64,000 nucleotides of DNA from Mobula hypostoma. Its lineage: Eukaryota. Each line of letters begins with the position of its first letter. The stretch's first letter is position 1. The stretch is taken from assembly GCF_963921235.1 (NCBI RefSeq), contig NC_086109.1, forward strand, positions 10,728,001 to 10,792,000, read 5' to 3'. Under the pieces are notes generated by a model. It ran no database searches and was not told where the DNA came from. It was given only the letters and a program-made list of their open reading frames with translations. Positions 37,933 to 49,893 of the stretch are shown here, one piece after another. The position numbers and the translations under genes are program-made.

Positions 37933-38984
37933 TGCTCATGTCGTCAGGTTACTTAGATATTTGACTATCGGTAACTCAGACTCTTGACAATAAGGGAACA
38001 GTAATAACTCTGGCAGTTACTGCCCACTCCTAAGTTGCCCTTGAAAGTGTGGTAGAGTACTGCTGTCTTGAAATGCGGACAGGTAATACCCCAAATAAAA
38101 TGTTACAAGGTGTCTTTTCGAAGCATAATCAGGCGAATTACTGGCACTTGGAGAAATAATGTGTTCAGCAAGTAATGGAACAAAATCGACTACATCAGTA
38201 TGGATTCGAAGAAGGTTTTTTTTATGCCGGCAAGAAAATTAATCTCAGGTGATGTATATGTACTTTGATAATAAATTTGCTTTTAACTTTGAAGAAGAGA
38301 ATTTGTAAGTTCTGGAGCCCTTGAAGCAGCAATTAAATACATTTCATCACAGAGTTTGAATAAAAAGTTAAGGGATGTGGTTGGGATCTGTCACAACCAG
38401 GAATCAGTTAGTATGTGGACTATATTTTTTCAGTGTTACCTCGTGGGTGTGCGGTGTTCCTTGGGTTGTTTAATTTTATGTGTAATTGTTTGTCTTTGGA
38501 CTCGCTGGTTTTCACTTTGTTTTGCAGGTATCTCATTTGGGCTCATGGGGATTGTTCAGCCCTCTGTGTATTTATCACTTTTATTCAATTTGGGATACTT
38601 CAATTAGCACTGGATTTGCAAAGTTTTGCATTGTACTTATTGTGTTTGGGGATTAATTGCTTCGTCTGGACACCTATGTTGTCTGGCACTGATTCCTGTG
38701 TGCTCTGGGGTGTATTTTACGGGTTCATGCCAACCCCTCTTTGCTCGGTCGTTGTGAGTCCTTGTCTGGTAATGCTCAGACCGAGTTCATGAGCGATTTC
38801 AGTTCTTCAGGATTCTATGTAGCTTGCTTGAGCTCTTGGCAGTTTTGCTGTTAATTTCTGTAACAAAACAAATGATCTATTTGAATTACCGGAGTTTCTG
38901 GGATGCCTGAGCTTGGGTTCGCTAGTGACTCTTGCAGGAGCACAACCTGGCAGGATACAGAAAAGTTGAGGTAAGAGGGAAAGT

Positions 38985-39362
38985 AGGTGGGTGTGGTCCC
39001 CACCTCCTTCCCTTTATTCCACGGTCTACTGTCCTTTCCTCTGAGATTCCTTCTTCAGCCCTTGACCTCTTTCATCTATCACCATCTATTTCTCATATCA
39101 TTCCCCTTCATCCTCCGTCCCCCAGCCACCGACCTTTCCCCTCTCACTTGGACTCAGCTTTTACCCGCCAGCCTGTGCTCCACCCCCCCCCCCACTGCTT
39201 CTTTTATTCTGGATTCTACCCTCTTCCTTTCCAGCCCCGTGGAGAGGTCGTGGCTCAAAACATCGACTGTTCATTTCCCACCGTTGAAGTTGACTGACTT
39301 GCTGAGTAACTCCAGCATTTTGTGTGCATTGCTCAAGATTCCTAACAGCTGCAGAATCTCTT
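38985..39362 (+). mobile_element. Old PLE pseudo-LTR fragment, hammerhead core decayed
   Basis: Pyrimidine-rich body, then gctcaaaacatcgactgttcatttc...gctgagtaactccagcattttgtgtg. Confidence 0.6.
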
Positions 39363-39649
39363 GCATCAGCGCAGAACCTGCCTCGTCACTTGCTACACAT
39401 ACTCGCAGTAGTGGGTATGTTCCTTAAAAGGAAATGCACTGTTCTGCAATAACGTAACACTGAGCTATTCTGAGATTTTTGAGGCTGGGCTAGCAGGTGG
39501 TAGGAGGTTAAAGAGGGGAAGATGACTAGATTTGGTCAAATGCATGCAGTGGAAAGATACATTTGTGTTCAGACACTTGCTCCTGCAGGGATTTGAACTG
39601 AGATCTTCAAAGGGGCCCTTTTTTTTTGAAGACCAACCACTCCCTCTGT

Positions 39650-40010
39650 ATACAGAGTTATGAGGGGTATAGATAGGGTAAATGCAAGCAGGCTTTTTCC
39701 ACTGAGGTTGGGTGTGACTAGGACTGGAGGTCAAGGGTAAAGGGTGAAAGGTGAAATGTTTAAGGGGGGCACGGGGGGGAGCTTCTTCACTCAGAGGGTG
39801 GTGAGAGCGTGGAATAAGCTGCCATCGCAAATGCTGGATGCGGGGGTTCGATTTTTAACATCAAAGAGAAGCTTCGATAGGTACATGGATGGGACGGGTA
39901 ATGGGGCTAACGTCCTGGTGCAGTTCAGTGGGACTAGGCAAAATAATAGTTTAGCACAGACTAGATGGGCCAAAAGATGTGCTTCTGTGGCGTAGCGTTC
40001 TATGACTATG
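39650..40010 (+). mobile_element. CR1 LINE 3' fragment
   Basis: FFTQRVVRAWNKLP...FDRYMDG. Confidence 0.8.
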
Positions 40011-40764
40011 GCTTGGGCTCCTTCAGACTCGTGAAATCCTTGTCACACTTCCCAGTCATAAAACTTGCTCAGTGTTAGTCTTCTGTTGGATTTTTAAAAT
40101 GTAGAACACATGAACTTAGTTTTAATGTAACTAATATGTCTGTGCTGTGCCCTGGGGTGTTATCCTGTTATTTGTTTAGTATCCCTGTCGAGAACATCCA
40201 CACAGCTAATGACCAGGAGCTTCCTGATTGGGTTGCAGCCTTGGACATCCCACCATTCTGGGATTTCTGCCCACTGGGCCCATGCCAGGGAGAGACCTGG
40301 CTTGGAAACAGTGAGCCCGTTCATTTTTAATGGTAAGGAATGTCTCAGGGAGAAATGGAGTTTGTTCCAGCCATCTTGCATTTTACAGTCTTTTTGAGGC
40401 CTTTCTTCACATTTTAACTTCTTGTAGCAAGGGTAACGACTAACATAATGTCTTTGACCTTTCCAAACTTTATGCCACCCTGGCATCTGGCTGAGGCAGT
40501 GGAGAGGGAGGCTTGCACTATGGAGTATTCCCATATTAAGTAGCTGCGTTAGAGGGGGACAGTAGGCATTGCTCCTGACCGTGATGCCTGTATCCCATAA
40601 AATGAATTGGGAACAGTTGAGAAGGCCCTTCAGAGCACACTGCATCACTCTTTTAACCTACTCTACCTTCTATCCTACACAACCTGTAACCCTCCATTTT
40701 CCTTCCATTCATCTAAGAGTCTCTTAAATATCGCTAATATGTTGTATGGTCATACACAACCAGT

Positions 40765-41545
40765 CTACGATCAAGCACTTTGGCAGGAATAAAAGTGTAG
40801 ACTGTTTTCTGAATGGGGAGAAAGTTCAACAATCTGATGTGCAAAGTGGTTTGGGAGTCCTCGTGCTGGTTTGCTTGCGGGTTGAGTGTGCAGTGAGGAA
40901 GGCAAATGCAACGTTAGCATTCGATTTGAGAGGACTAGAATATCGAAACGAGGATGTGATGCTGAGGTTTTATAAGGCACTGGTAAGGCCTCGCTGAGTA
41001 TTGTGTGAAATTTTGGGCCCCTTATCTAAGAAAAGATGTGCTGACTTTGGAGAGGGTTCAAAGGAGGTTCACAAAAAACCATTCCAGGATTGAAAGGCTT
41101 GTCATATGAGGAATGTTTGATGGCTCTGGGCCTGTACTTGCAGGAGTTCCGTAAAAATGAGGGGTGGATCTCATTGAAACTGTAGAATGTTAAAAGGCCT
41201 CGATAGATTGGATGAGGTGAGGATGTTTCTTATGGTGGGAGGAGTCTAGGACCAGAGGACACAACCTTAGGATACAAGGACGTCCGTTTAGAATGGAGAT
41301 GAGGAGGAATTCCTTTAGCCAGAGGGTAGTAAATCTGTGGAATTCATTGCCACAGGGGGCTGTGAGGGTCAGGTCACTGAGTGTACTTAAAGTGGAGGTT
41401 GATAGACTCCTGATTAGTCTGGGTGTGAAAGATTATGGGGAGAAGGCAGGAGAATGGGGTTGAGAGGGAGATGGATCAGCCATGTTCAAATGGCAGAGCA
41501 GACTTGATGGGCCAAATGGCCTAATTCTGCTCTAAGGTCTTATGT
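40765..41545 (+). mobile_element. CR1 LINE 3' fragment, degenerate
   Basis: HFGRNKSVDCFLNGEKVQ...RKANATLAF...FYKALVRP plus CR1 3'UTR. Confidence 0.85.
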
Positions 41546-41682
41546 TAGCCTCTACCACCATCCCTGGCAGTGTGGTCCAGGCGCCTACCACTCCCTGTGT
41601 TTTTAAAAACAACATTTACCTCCAACATCTCCCCTAAACTTCTCTCCAGAATTTTTAAAAAGGGTGCCCTTGATAGTAGATT

Positions 41683-41980
41683 GTGTGGCGCGTGGCCAAG
41701 TGGTTAGGGCGTTGGGCTCACGATCGGAAGGTCATGGGTTCGAGTCTCGGCCAAGGCAGCGTGTGGCGACTTTGAGCAAGGCACTTAACTATACACTGCT
41801 CCAGTCCAACTAGATGAAAATGGTACCGGCAAAATGCTGGGGGTTAATCTCGCGATAGACTGGCATCCTATCCGGCGGGAGGGGAGTCTCGTACTCTCAG
41901 TCACTTCACGCCACAGAAACTGGCATAAGCACCGGCCTGATGGGCCACAAGGCTCGGGACAGACTTTAACTTTTAACTTT
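41683..41980 (+). mobile_element. Full-length tRNA-derived SINE (non-V family)
   Basis: Box A tggccaagtgg, box B gggttcgagtc, (actttta)n tail, TSD tgatagtagatt (41671-41682) / tggtagtagatt (41981-41992). Confidence 0.88.
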
Positions 41981-42329
41981 TGGTAGTAGATTAGCCTGGG
42001 AAAGGGGAGCTAGCTGTTCACTCCATCTGTTCCTTTCATAGTAAAGCAGTGAGATCCCCGACCATGAGCAAGGAGAGCGTTCAGAGGCTCAGTGTAAACA
42101 ACTTTTATTTAGTGTGGGATACGTGGAACAATCTGATTCAGCTCCCCCAGCTACTTCTCCCAGTGCGTTGATGAATGTGCTATTGGGAGGGAGCTCTGGA
42201 TGTGGGCCTAAAGGTGATGAAGCATTGCAGCATATTTCCCAGTAAGGTTAATGTGCAATTGCAGATGGTGAAATTCCTGCCATTTTATTTAAATAACTGA
42301 GATTGAATATAACAGTACTCATACACCAC

Positions 42330-42966
42330 AAGCGGGACTTCCTGATGGCCAAATATTTTAATTCTTAATCCCATTCCCATTCTGACGTGTCGATCCATGG
42401 CCTCCTCGTGCCAAGATAAATCCACCCTCAGGGTGGAGGAGCAACACCTTGGTGATATGAATATCAATTTCTCCTTTTGGTGAAAAAATTTACTCCCCCC
42501 CCCCCCCGCCCCACTTTCCACTATTCCCCAAGTTGACCTTTCACTTTTCACCTGCCTATTACTCCACCTGGGTCCCCTCCTCCTTCCCTTTCTCCTATTG
42601 TCCACTCTCCTCTCCAATCAGATTCTTTCTTCTTGACCTTCCCCACCCACCTGGCTTCGCCTATCATCTTCCAATTGGCCGCCTTCCCCTCCCCCCCCCA
42701 CCTTTTTATTCTGGCCAGGTGGGTGGGAAAGGTCAAGAAGAAAGAATCGGATAGGAGAGGAAAGTGGATAATAGGAGAAAGAGAAGGAGGAGGGGACCCA
42801 GGGGGTGTAATAGGCAGGTGAGAAGAAGTGAAAGGTCAAATTTGGGAATGGGGGGGTATATTTATTCACCAGAAGGGTCTCAGCCCTAAACATCACCTGC
42901 TTACTCTTTTCCATAGATAGATACTGCCTGACCTGCTGAGTTCACTAGCATTTTGTGTGTGTTGCT
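42330..42966 (+). mobile_element. Old PLE with internal inverted duplication
   Basis: Decayed GIY-YIG tail (ccattcccattctgacgtgtc...ggaggagcaacacctt); arms ~42523-42655 and ~42713-42849. Confidence 0.75.
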
Positions 42967-45473
42967 TATAACATTACCTAATTTTGTAAGCGTTGAGTGT
43001 TAAGACTTTGGAAATTGGAACGTAGGAAGTACCAAAGATTGAACCTAAGGTTAAACATCTTCGTGGTGCCGTTGATTAAAGGAGCTCTTGCTGTTGGAAG
43101 GCAAGGGTTCATACGAAGTAACACGCACAAAATGCCAGAGGAGCTCGACAGGTTAGGTTCATAGGTTTTGGTTGAGGCCAATAAAAGTATGGATAGTTCA
43201 GACTGTGTGGATCATATACTTCAGAATAGAATGCTCAGAGTTGTGTATATAACTTGTGTGTGAATAGAATCACGTTGCTAGGCAATACTGCTTTTGTTAA
43301 GATAGTAGGTGTGGCCTGACCACCTAGGTGACAAATAACTAGCTACTTTACCAACAGGAAAGTGGGGAAGTTTCCAGACCACGGAGGTGAGAACTTTCTA
43401 AGTGAGTGGGGGACAGACTTTTAAATCTCTTTCAGCCGACAATAGGAGTTTGTTTACGTAGCTCTGGTAGCGAGTAATTATTTATCTAGTGACGGTACAG
43501 TCTCAGACTTTCATAAGCTTTGTTTTGTATGTCAATATGTTCACAGCTCGGGCTTTCTGGAGTTCAGAGTTCAATTCCAGCACCGTCTGTAAGGAGTTTG
43601 CACATTCTCCTTGTGAACTGCATGGGTTTCCTCTGGGTACTTCCAAAGTCCAAAGACGTAGGTTAATTGGTCATCCTAAATTTTCTAGTAGTTAGGCCAG
43701 TGTTAAATCGCTGGGTTGCTGGGTATGTCTAGTTGGGCTGGAAGGGCCTGTTCTACATGGTATTTCTAAACAAATAAATATTTTTTCCATTTATCTATAT
43801 CTTTTTAATGGTCTTTTTTTGCAAAATTGACGAAGAATTTACATCCAAGCTCAGTTTTCCAGCAGTTGTTCTGCACTTTCTGCTCGATGTCTGCACGCCT
43901 AGAGCAGTCTGAAGTTGGGGGTCTGTCTTTGCTTTTGAAATTAGCGGAGAAAGTTTGACAAGCCATAGGTTAAACCATGAACTAATAGAACAGTACCACA
44001 GGCTCAAAGGGCTATTTACATTGTGGAGTCAAGCCCATCGATCACCATCCAGGCCGTACTCCCTTCTTGCTGCTGCCGTTGAGCAGGAGGTACAGCGGAG
44101 ACCTGCTTCCCTCACCACCAGGTTCAGGAGCAGTTATTACCTTCAACCATCGGGCTCCTGAAGCACCATGGGTAACTTCACTCACCGCAACGCCAAACCG
44201 ATTCCACAACCTATGAACTCGCTTTCGAGAACTCTACAACTCATGTTCTCAATATTATTTATTAATAATTTATTATTATTATTTGTTTTCTTTTTATATT
44301 TGCAAGTAGTTTGTCAGTTTTTTGTCAGTGTGTAGTTTTTCATTGATTCTATGGTGTTTCTTTGTATCTATTGTGAACTATTTGTATTCTATTCTTGGTG
44401 TTCCCACAACCAATGATCTCACCTTAAGGGCTCTTTATCTTGTTATTTCATGCTCTCATTATTTATTGCTACTTATCTATATTCGCATTTGTGCAGTTTG
44501 TTGTTCATTGATCCTGTTTGCAGTTACTATTCTATAGATTTGCTGAGTATGCCCGCAGTAAGAAAAGAATCTCAGGATTGTATGTGGTGACATGTATGTT
44601 CTCTGATAGTAAACATAACTTTGAACCTTAAACTTTGACTCTGAATGCCCATAAGAAAATGAATCTCAGGGTAGTATATGGTGACATATATGTACTTTGC
44701 TAATAAATTTACTTTGAACTTTGAGCTGCGAAAGGAATGGACTTCTGTCAGTGTACGCTGGGGATTTTGTTCATTAATGTTGTCACCTTTGCTGCTATTT
44801 ATTTTAGGATGGAAAAAACACTTCTGCAAGTTGACATGATCAGCACCCGTTACGGGCAGTGATAATTCGTCAAAGCAGCCTTTAAAAATGTGCATCTGGG
44901 TTACTTGTGTCCTGCCACAGCGCAGAACCTCTGAACTGGGGAAGTATTTGTTTTAAGTCCGGCGTTATCCATGGGTAAATCTTTCACGATGCCTGAATTT
45001 ACGTTTTCGATACATGCAGAAACTAGACTCATGTTAGCACACGACGCATCAAGTTGCACTGAAGTAGCAACACACATTAATGGCGTTTCCCTTTTCAGCA
45101 ACCTGCCCCTTCAACTTTCCTGATGAAGGGGCCTTGGCTTGAAACGCCAACTGCTTAGATGCTGCCTGACCTGCTGAGTTCCTCTAGCATTTTGTGTGTG
45201 TTGCAATGGTGTTTCCCTTCCCTGTGTGTCGGAGTACATGTCTAAACAAGTGTTGTCATTAGTGATTACGTTTCCTTGCTCTGCCCTCTTTTTTTGTAAA
45301 ATGTCCGCCAGCATTCCTTTTCACTAAGAGTTATGCTGCCAAGCTGGAAAATCGTTAAGTTTACTCCCTGATGTAGTTCTGGGCTTTGACATGAAACTAT
45401 AACACGGTTACTTGTTCCGCACATACTACCCAATCTGCTGAGAATTTGCAGCATTTTCAGTTTGTAAATAATG

Positions 45474-46152
45474 CAACTCAATTGCCACTTCATTAGGTAT
45501 CTCTTGTACCTATAAAAGTGGCCATTGACTGCATGTTCAATAGTTCCATTTAATACAGCCTGAAATTCTTACTCCCTGCAGACATTCTTGAAATAGAAGA
45601 AAACAAAATCCCAAAGAATGAATGGCAGAAAAGATGCAAACACCCCAAAGACCCCTGCCCCCCCCCACACGCAAGCAGAACCAAACGCCGCTCTAGGTAT
45701 GATGTGTTCTGCATTCAGAGATGCTCTTCCGCACACCACTGTCATAATGCGTGGTTATTCAAGTTACTGTCGTCCTCCTGCGAGTTGGAACCAGTCTGGC
45801 CATTCTCCTCTGACCTTTCCCATTAAGAAGGAGCTTACCCCCACAGAACTGTCACTCACTGGATGTTTTCTGTTTCGTGCACTGCTCTCTGTAAACTCTA
45901 GAGACTGTTGTGCGTGAAAATCCCAGCAGGTCAGCAGCTTCTGAGGTATTTAAACTACCCAGTCTGGCACCTACAATCATTCCACGGCCAAAGTCACTTA
46001 GATCAGATATCTTCCCCATTCTGAGGTTTGGTCTGAATAACAACTCGGAGCTCTAGTCTGTGTCTGCATGCTTATACACATGGAGTTGCTGAGTAGATAT
46101 TTGCATTAATGAGCAGGTGTGCTGGTGTTCCTAATGACGTGGCCACTGATTG
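45474..46152 (-). mobile_element. Non-autonomous Tc1-like transposon with HTH remnant
   Basis: MGKISDLSDFGRGMIVGARLGSLNTSEAADLLGFSRTTVSRVYRE (within 45852-46043); degenerate TIRs; TA after the right end. Confidence 0.85.
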
Positions 46153-47982
46153 TATGCTTTAGCAAATGGTATTTTGGATATAAGGTGCCTTGCATTCGAT
46201 AATACAAGCCCACACACCCATTCCACTGATTGCTTCTTCATTGACTTGCACACAGTAATTTGAAAGTTAGATTTCTTGCATTTAATTAGAGCAAAGAAGA
46301 TATCCAATGGAGAAATGTCAGGGAAATTATAATAGAGACAATACAAGGCGTGGGATGAGTGTCAGGAATCCCTCCCGAGGCTTGAAATTAGAATTAATTA
46401 TTTTGAAATGTGATGACTGTTTTGGGTGCCAATGTGGTAATGATTTTGTGGCGTGGAAACACATTTTCTCAGAACTGAGAAGGAGAGAAAGTAAATTAAT
46501 ATTTTATTTTTCAAAGTTCAAAGTAAATTTGTTACCAAAGTTCACCCTGAGATTCGCCTTCTTCCGGGCAATACCCAGCAGGTCCAGGAAACATAATCAC
46601 AGACTGCACCCAACAGGGCAGACAGCCAGTGTGCAAAAGACAAAAGGAAGAATAATAATAAATAAACAATAAATATCGAAAACTTGACAGGAAGAGTTCT
46701 TGAAAATGAGTCCATAGATTGTGGGAACAGTTGTGCAATTGGGTGAGTAAAGATAATTCCACTGGTTCAAGAGCCTGATGGTTGAGTAACTTCCTGAAGC
46801 TGGGGGTGTGAGTCCTGAGGTTCCTGTACCTTCCCCCTGATGACAGCAGTGAAAAGAGAGCACGAACTGGCTGGTGGGGGTCCTCGATAATAGATGCTGC
46901 TTTCATACAACAGCCCTCCCTATAGATGAGCTCAATGGCGGCTTTCCCCATGATGGACTGGGATGTACTAACTTCTCAATTCTAATCGACCAGCAAACCA
47001 TTAACCACGTTCCTCTCTGCACAGATGCTGCCTGACCTACAGAATGTTTCCGGCATTTTTAAAAATGTTTTTTCTGTCCTGTAATCTTGTAGGCAGCAGG
47101 CTGATAATGAGCGTACAAATCTTGTGAGCAGCTGGCATTATAATGCGAAGACACTTTCTATTGATATAGAACTACAATTATAGGACTCCTTTCTTATTTC
47201 AACAGCAGCTGTTTGTATTTATGTACTCTTAAAAAAATTTTGTGTGGTTTTAAAAAAATGACGCGGAAGTACTTCAGAGACCAGAAGGTAATGGATACCG
47301 AGCCAGAAGATCTATTTATGGGGGAGGAAGGTGGCACAGATGGTTGAGGGGGAGTTCGTCACCAGTGAGTTGGTCAAAGAACGAAACTTTGAAGAGTCTT
47401 ACGATGTCACACACTCTTGTTAGACACGAGATTCTGCACGTTGGAATCTTAAGCAACACACGCAAGATGCTCAGTAATTCGGGCAGCATTGATGGAGGGG
47501 AATAAATAGCCAGTGTTTCGGGCCAAGACCCTTTGTCCTTCCGAGGTTCCTCCAGCATATTGTGGGTGATGCTCCTGTTAAAGTTTGCTTCTGAAACTTG
47601 GCTCCCATTGTCATTGGAATTTCACTAGAGGGGATGATCTGTGCACAAACGACATATTTAAACTGTAAGACCCTCTAAATCTGCAACTACTGCCAGCACT
47701 TCTTGAATTTGTTATTTTGGGGGAAAAAATTGTGGCATTGCACTGTTTTGAGCGATATTTTATTTCTGTTGTGCGGGAGTTTCTCCTGAAAGTACTGAGT
47801 TTGTAAAATATTTGGACTATTAATGACAGCCCTCCCACCCACCTAACTGGGCGCACATGTAAGTACGTGGTGAGGGATTTAACAAGAAGCTTATTCACGG
47901 TGGAGGTGGGAGAAGTAGACCAGCTGATGAAGTAGTAGGGCTATGTTTGAAAGCCAACTCAATACGAAGTGAATCTCTTTCT

Positions 47983-48136
47983 CGGATCTCCCCCTCCCCC
48001 TCCCACTTTCAAATCTCTTACTATCTCTTCTTTCAGTTAGTCCTGACGAAGGGTCTCGGCCTGAAACGTCGACTGTACCTCTTCCTATTGACGCTGCCTG
48101 GCCTGCTGCGTTCACCAGCAACTTTTATGTGTGTTG
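47983..48136 (+). mobile_element. PLE pseudo-LTR arm with intact hammerhead (48038-48075), no tail
   Basis: tagtcctgacgaagggtctcggcctgaaacgtcgactg...gcaacttttatgtgtgttg, abutting the Rex1. Confidence 0.85.
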
Positions 48137-49893
48137 TTGATTCTGTTGGTGTCTGCTACCCTCAGCCTGCTGCCCCAGCACACAACAGCAAACATGATCG
48201 CACTGGCCGCCACAGACTCGTAGAACATCCTCAGCATCATCCGGCAGATGTTAAAGGACCTCAGTCTCCTCAGGAAATAGAGACGGCTCTGACCCTTCTT
48301 GTAGATGGCCTCAGTGTTCTTTGACCAGTCCAGTTTATTGTCAATTCGTATCCCCAGGTATTTATAATCCTCCACTATGTCCACACTGACCCCCTGGATG
48401 GAAATAGGGGTCACCGGTACCTTAGCTCTCCTCAGGTCTACCACCATCTCCTTAGTCTTTTTCACATTAAGTTGCAGATAATTCTGCTCACACCATGTGA
48501 CAAAGTTTCCTACCGTAGCTCTGTACTCAGCCTCATCTCCCTTGCTGATGCATCCAACTATGGCAGAGTCATCCGAAAACTTCTGAAGATGACAAGACTC
48601 TGTGCAGTAGTTGAAGTCCAAGGTGTAAATGGTGAAGAGAAAGGGAGACAAGACAGTCCCCTGTGGAGCCCCAGTGCTGCTGATCACTCTGTCAGACACA
48701 CAGTGTTGTAAGCACGCGTACTGTGGTCTGCCAGTCAGGTAATCAAGAATCCATGATACCTGGGAAGCAGCCACCTGCATCGCTGTCAGCTTCTCCCCCA
48801 GCAGAGCAGGGCGGATGGTGTTGAACACACTGGAGAAGTCACAAAACATGACCCTCACAGTGCTCGCTGGCTTGTCCAGGTGGGCGTAGACACAGTTCAG
48901 CAGGTAGACGATGGCATCCTCAACTCCTAATCGGGGCTGGTAGGCGAACTGGAGAGGATCTAGGTGTGGCCTGACCATAGGCCGGAGCAGCTCCAGAACA
49001 AGTCTCTCCAGGGTCTTCATGATGTGGGAGGTCAATGCCACCGGTCTGTAGTCATTGAGGCCGCTGGGGCACGGCGTCTTCAGCACAGGGACGAGGCAGG
49101 ACGTCTTCCACAGTACGGGAACCCTCCAGAGCCTCAGGCTCAGGTTGAATACATGGCGAAGTACTCCACATAGCTGAGGGGCACAGGCTTTGAGCACCCT
49201 GGTACTGACACCATCCAGTCCTGCAGCCTTGCTTGGGTTGAGACGTTTCAGCTGTCTTCTCACCTGTTCAGCTGTGAAGCCCACCGTGGTGGTTTCATGT
49301 GGGGAAACAGTATAGTCATGAGAGCAGGATGGGGGACTGTTAGGGGTAGGAGGAGAGTGGAATATGTGTTGGTTGGGGGCCGACAACAGATGGCTCATGT
49401 GGGGGATGGGCAGGGGCCACAATGTCAAGTCTATTAAAGAACAGGTTAAGTTCATTGGCCCTGTCCACACTGCCCTCAGCTCCTCTGTTGCTAGTTTGCC
49501 AGAACCCAGTAATGGTCCTCATCCCCCTCCAGACCTCTCTCATGTTGTTCTGCTGGAGTTTCCACTCAAGCTTCCTCCTGTACCTGTCTTTAGCCTCCCT
49601 GATCCTGGCTTTCAGGTCCCTCAGCTCCTCCCTATTTCCATCTCTAAACACCCTCTTTTTAGCATTCAGGATGTCCTTAATGTCCTTTGTTACCCATGGC
49701 TTGTTATTTGAATAACAAAGGACAGTTCTTGTCAGAACATTGCAGTCCACACAGAAGCTGTTGTAATCAGTGATGCACTCTGTGAGCCCATCAATATCCT
49801 CTCCATGTGGCTCACAGAGTGCCTGCCAGTCTGTCACCTCAAAACAACCCTGGAGCGCCTCATAAGCCTCCTCCGACCATTTCCTCACTGTCC
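48137..49893 (-). mobile_element. Rex1/Babar-type LINE reverse transcriptase, truncated at both ends, one frameshift
   Basis: LNDYRPVALTSHIMKTLERL, LDPLQFAYQP, DFSSVFNTI, GAPQGTVLSPFLFTIY, LQKFSDDS; upstream frame with NNKPWVT at 49340-49893. Confidence 0.95.

Noticed and set aside
48112..49470. 452-aa ORF as an intact or domesticated gene
   Set aside because: It is Rex1 RT, frameshifted from its upstream part, lacking the endonuclease, and ending in PLE sequence.
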